64,000 nucleotides of DNA from Sarcophilus harrisii (Eukaryota), in assembly GCA_048593225.1 (NCBI GenBank), contig CM109174.1, positions 125,619,754-125,683,753 on the forward strand, in the 5' to 3' direction. Position 1 is the first letter of the stretch; every line of letters begins with the position of its first letter. A program made the position numbers and the translations under genes. Under the pieces are notes generated by a model that saw only the letters and a list, made by a program, of their open reading frames with translations, was not told the origin of the DNA and did not search any database. This document shows positions 49,545 to 64,000 of this stretch, one piece after another.

Positions 49545-50136
49545 AATTAAATTGCAAGGATAGACTTGGTTTCTGGAAGAGAGATTTTATCTTTGACAGG
49601 CTGGAATTTGTTTTGTGGGGGTATGATGAGAGAAGGTTGAGGAACTTCTGTGCAGGGTAGGTAAGTTTCACCTATTTGTAGAGTTGGAAGGAATCTTAGG
49701 TTATTAGTCCAGCCCTGTCATTTCAGAGATGTAAGAACCTGAATTTCAGGTAGTTAAATGATTTGTTTAAAAACCAAATTTTAGTGGCAGGAGCAAGCCT
49801 AGAAATTGGTTTTCTCATTTTAAATGTAGTGTTCTTTGCTTTATATTATACTGCATCTAAAACTACCCAATCTCAGCTTTGTGTCCCTTTTACATATCAT
49901 AGAAGGATGCAGCCAGGATTTAAAGAGTTTTGTAAATTTGTATTTTAGTTCTTGGATATGCCACCTCCTCACTTCTGCATGCCCCATCAGTGACACCCAT
50001 AACAGCACCAGAAATCAGAGGCAAACCATGTCATACCAAGCTGTCCAAGTCCAATGTATCTGTGGTTCATGGATAGGAGATGGGGGGGGGGGGAGGGGCT
50101 CTCTCTAGGGGGAATAATGGGACATCAAATTACCCT

Positions 50137-50246
50137 TCAGGGGTCAGGTGCAAAGACAAAATCAAGAGCTTGTCTCTCAGCCCCAGCAACATTGGGATGC
50201 CAGAGGTCAACAATGAAGACCACACGAGGGCCATCTTCTGCAGAGC
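50137..50246 (-). CDS. ASPHD1: ASPHD1 coding exon 3 (stop TGA at 50139-50137).
   Basis: Acceptor ttttgtctccag. An alternative in-frame acceptor lies 9 nt downstream (ctctgcag|AAGATGG). Confidence 0.75.
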
Positions 50247-51349
50247 CTGGAGACAAAAAGGAAGCAGAGGATTATAATTGTTTGGGTTTCGTTCTTAAAT
50301 CCAGATTTGGTCAAACCTCACTTTAGACTCCCAAATCCCATATTTGCAGAACTCTGTGTCTTGGTTACCATTGTGAGCTGCAGTGTGCAGGAAAGAATCA
50401 TCCACGAGCAGGCAATGTCCCTCAGACCAGCACTGGGGCTCACCCCCAACAACTAATTCACAGCCAGGGGGAATCTTCAGGCCTGTTGGAGAAGGCCCAG
50501 GTAAAAATCAGAGAAGTCACCAAACTCAGAAATTACTATCACTTCCCCAGGTAGACCCATAATCTTCCATTTTGCCCCAGGTTTGACCTAAACATCCTTG
50601 ATTCACTACTTACCCAAGTGACAACGAACCCGAGCATTAGTGGGTCCACAGCGTCCTTCAAGTCTGGCTCCAGGCAGAAGAACAGAAAAACCAGCATTGC
50701 CAAAAGAATTGGCACTCACAAAGCTCCTCAGTCCTCGAAGAGCCCGATATGCCCCTGGGCAGCGTCGGCAATTATTTGGCTGACACCGACCAGCCCTGTA
50801 GAGTAGGAACTGGTGGCACCCAGGGGCCAAAGGAGGGGACCAACCCCGTGGTGGAGAAGATGTCCCTGAGAAATCCCAGCTCACAGTTCCAAAGTCCCGA
50901 AGAATGGCAGGGAAACTACTCTCTAGGAGTTCCACATCATGTCGCTGAGCATCCCGGGGCACAAATGGAGCAGAAGGAAGGTCCGGCAAAAAGAGTAGAG
51001 CTGGGCGTTGGATTCCTGGACCTCCACCGAGGCCGCCGCTGCCCTGAGCTGCCCTCCTCACCCTCCCCATCCCAGCCCAGGAGTAACGCTGGGCATAGGC
51101 CCGAAGTCTCTTACTCACTAGGCCTTCTGCCCCGGGCCCTTCCCCGGGCTCCCTGGTGATCCCTGACCCTTGACCTCCAGCCTCCGAACCTCTACCAGCT
51201 CCAGTACCCCCTCTGCTAGCACCCCCTGCCCCAGGGATCAGGGTATCCTGTGAGCCCAATCGATAGCAGTACCAGAGGAAAAGGGAAGTGAGGGCCCCAA
51301 GGATCAGAGTGAGGGCTGGGCAGGCCAGGGGTAGTGGCCAAGGGGGCAT
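50137..51349 (-). CDS. ASPHD1: ASPHD1 gene (aspartate beta-hydroxylase domain-containing 1). Three coding exons (319 aa as read). The N-terminus could extend into an unseen upstream exon.
   Basis: Exon 1 is ORF 50606..51349: [29 protein letters not shown]... (TM helix) ...[51 protein letters not shown]. This is homologous to the ASPH catalytic domain motif GPTNCRLRMHLGL. Exon 2 reads [37 protein letters not shown]. Exon 3 reads [36 protein letters not shown]. The gene sits between KCTD13 and SEZ6L2, as in other mammals. Confidence 0.85.
50369..50482 (-). CDS. ASPHD1: ASPHD1 coding exon 2 (114 nt).
   Basis: Acceptor ctccaacag, donor gtaacc; phase 1/1. Confidence 0.78.
50614..51349 (-). CDS. 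ASPHD1: ASPHD1 coding exon 1.
   Basis: The ATG is the reverse complement of 51347-51349 (caccATGc). An in-frame TAG lies 8 codons upstream. Donor gtaagt at 50613-50608. Confidence 0.82.
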
Positions 51350-53587
51350 GGTGGAAATGGAGTAGGGAGTCTAGTCAAAAGGCCCCAGGCATTCCCTAAA
51401 TCTTTCCCTCCACACCTTGCCCTACTGGCTCTTTCCTCTGGCAACCTCAGATTTACCCCCCTAGGGCCTTACTCCATGCTGTCTTCCTCATTCTCCATCA
51501 CCTCTCCTTCCTGGCCCCCTTTTTCTGGGGCTTCTGCCTCCACGATTCTGCTTCCACTTCTCAATTTCTCTCTTCCTCCATCAGCAGTTCCTGCCCCACC
51601 TCATCATGCAGCCCTCAGATCCTGAGGTGGTGGATCCTAATCCTCTGCAGCAGCTTCCACCTTCCCTCCACGACCCTCTCCTTCCTTTCCTCTCTTCTTC
51701 TGTCCCTCTCCACCTCCTCGCCTCTCCTTTTCCCCTCCCCTTAACTCCGCTCTGTCCCTTCTATTCTCCTCTCCTCTCTCCCCCTCCTTTCCCACTCACC
51801 CTGACGTCACCTTCTCCCCCCTTCCCGCCCCCGCACCCATCCCTTCAGGCCCACCCCAGAATCAGCCGCATCTCGGGGATACTCGCGTCAGGAAGGGAAG
51901 GAGCAGGGGGAAGGGGGCAAGGCAGGGAGGGGAGGGGGAGCTTTTGTAATCCGGGGTCGGAGGCGGGGGGGGGGATGACCCCCGAAGGCTCGGAAAGCAA
52001 CACTGACAGAGCCGGACTCCCCTCCTGGGCGGGGTGTCAGGTCCGCTCCGAGGTGGCTGCGCTGGAGTCCGGCCGGCCCGCAATGCGAAAAGGGGGGAGG
52101 GAGGGGCGGGGCGTGGAGCCAACGGTTAGGGAAGGGCGGGCGGACCCGCAGATTGGCGGGGCGAGGGCGGCAGGGACAGCCGCGGGAGGCTAGCAGATAG
52201 TCAGCAGCTTCTAGGGCCCGGGCCGCCTCGGGCGCCAGGCTCCGCTTCCCGCTAGCCAGTCGCGGGAGCTTGCCGGCGAGGGGCGAAGGCGGAGGCGGCC
52301 CCGGCCAATCGGCTTCGGAAGCCTGGCTTCTGGAGCGGGGGGCGGGGCTGAGGCCGAGCGCTGTCCTTGGGTCCGTGGTGCTGAAGGGGCCCGCGCCCCG
52401 AGCCCGTCCAATAAAGCTCGGCGGGCGGAGTGCGGCGGGGAGCCCTTCTGGGGGGGGGGGAGGCGGGTGGGCAAGCTCCGCGCCAGGCCGAGGCCGGCCT
52501 GAAGGATTCTGGGGTTCCCCGAGGAAACCCAGAAGGGACATTCTAGACCTCAGCCCCCCCCCCCACGTCCCACTGTTGTCCTTGGGGGTGGGGAGCGCGG
52601 GCCCTCCGACGCGCGGGGGCGAAGCCACCCTGCAGGGCTGAGGGAAGGGAGGGGGAGGTAAGGCCGGGGGCAGGGTGGGGGTGCCTGGGAGACAGAAGGA
52701 AACGCAGCTGCGCTGCGGCTCACAGACCCGGGGAGAAAGCGATTAAAGTCCCAGATGTACGGGGAGGCTGCCCGGGAGGGTTAAGGAGCGCGGATGCGGG
52801 GTGGGGGATCCCGCACAGCTCGGGGCCCGCCTTCATACAGCGGTCTCCTCCTACGTCGGCTCTCCCCCCACACCCCCACGCAGCAGGTCCCTCCCCTCGC
52901 CCGGCCCCAGGATCTGACGTGGGCTTCGACACCTTTCTCAGCTTCTCCCTCTCGCACCCGCAGCTCCCTCCCCCAGGACCCTGCGACCCTCTCTCCTCTT
53001 TCCCCCCCAAACCCTTCTAGAACCCTTTAGAGACTCCTCCCTGGCCTCCATTCTCTCCACCCCCCACCCCACGCTACAATTCCAATCTCTACCCCGCATC
53101 CCAACAACCCGGGATCTAACCGAGGCCGAAAGCAGGCGTCAGGGGTAGAGGGGAACCCAGGCGTCCGGACCCCCGAGAGAGCCTGGGCTGATTTAGCGCC
53201 CCCCACCGAGCCCCACCCCCTGCAGCCGCAGCCGCGCCCCCTTTTCCTCCCCCCCCCCATCCCCGGGAACAGAGAGGACAGAGGTGTCCGGGCATCCAAG
53301 GAGGCAGAAAGCTCAGAGTCTTCGGTCCCCAGTCTTTCTCCCATATATTCCTCAACACCCCCCCCCCCACCTCGGCCCTTCGCCTCCTGTCGAGCCCCGG
53401 ATTTTCTTCCTTAAAAGGAAGCAGTAGTAGAGGGAGCAGAAGGGGCGAGAAGAGCGAGAAGACTAGCTCCAGCTCCTGGCGAGGGGAGAATCGGGGAACA
53501 GCCAAGAAGCTGAGTCAAGACTAGTCCTTCAGCGCCCGGGAGCACAGGGGTTGGGGTGCGGGAGAGGGGTTTGGGGACCAGGGTGCC

Positions 53588-64000
<10,413 letters not shown>

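Noticed and set aside
51606-53505. ORFs of 195, 246, 123, 105 and 129 aa in the ASPHD1/SEZ6L2 intergenic CpG island.
   Set aside because: GC-rich, low-complexity artefacts lying between two well-supported divergent genes. None continues into a spliced structure.

Overview
This is vertebrate (not prokaryotic) genomic DNA, almost certainly marsupial. It contains full-length tRNA-derived marsupial SINEs and MIR-type elements, interspersed L1 fragments, CpG islands at gene 5' ends, and GT/AG-bounded exons. By protein sequence recognition and exon-by-exon splice-site reading, the window holds the marsupial ortholog of the human 16p11.2 core block. The genes, in window order, are: TAOK2 on the minus strand, cut off at the window start (kinase exons, the long alpha terminal exon and two beta-isoform exons are all present); TMEM219 on the minus strand with 4 coding exons; KCTD13 on the plus strand with 6 coding exons; ASPHD1 on the minus strand with 3 coding exons, convergent with KCTD13; and SEZ6L2 on the plus strand, with coding exons 1-12 present and cut off at the window end. 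The ~28 kb between TMEM219 and KCTD13 is almost entirely transposon-derived. It contains a degraded, env-less gag-pro-pol endogenous retrovirus (~6.5 kb, minus strand) bounded by ~130 bp direct repeats and carrying internal mini-satellites, several L1 ORF2 fragments in both orientations, and simple repeats. I found no CRISPR array, operon or other prokaryotic-style system, and the six-frame ORF track supports none. The long ORFs in the GC-rich and GA-repeat regions are compositional artefacts. Exon coordinates were derived by hand from the sequence; the stated splice junctions were re-read and are reported to the base where checked, but an uncertainty of +/- a few bp remains possible. The ORF track evidently allows GTG starts, so some track starts are not real ATG codons.
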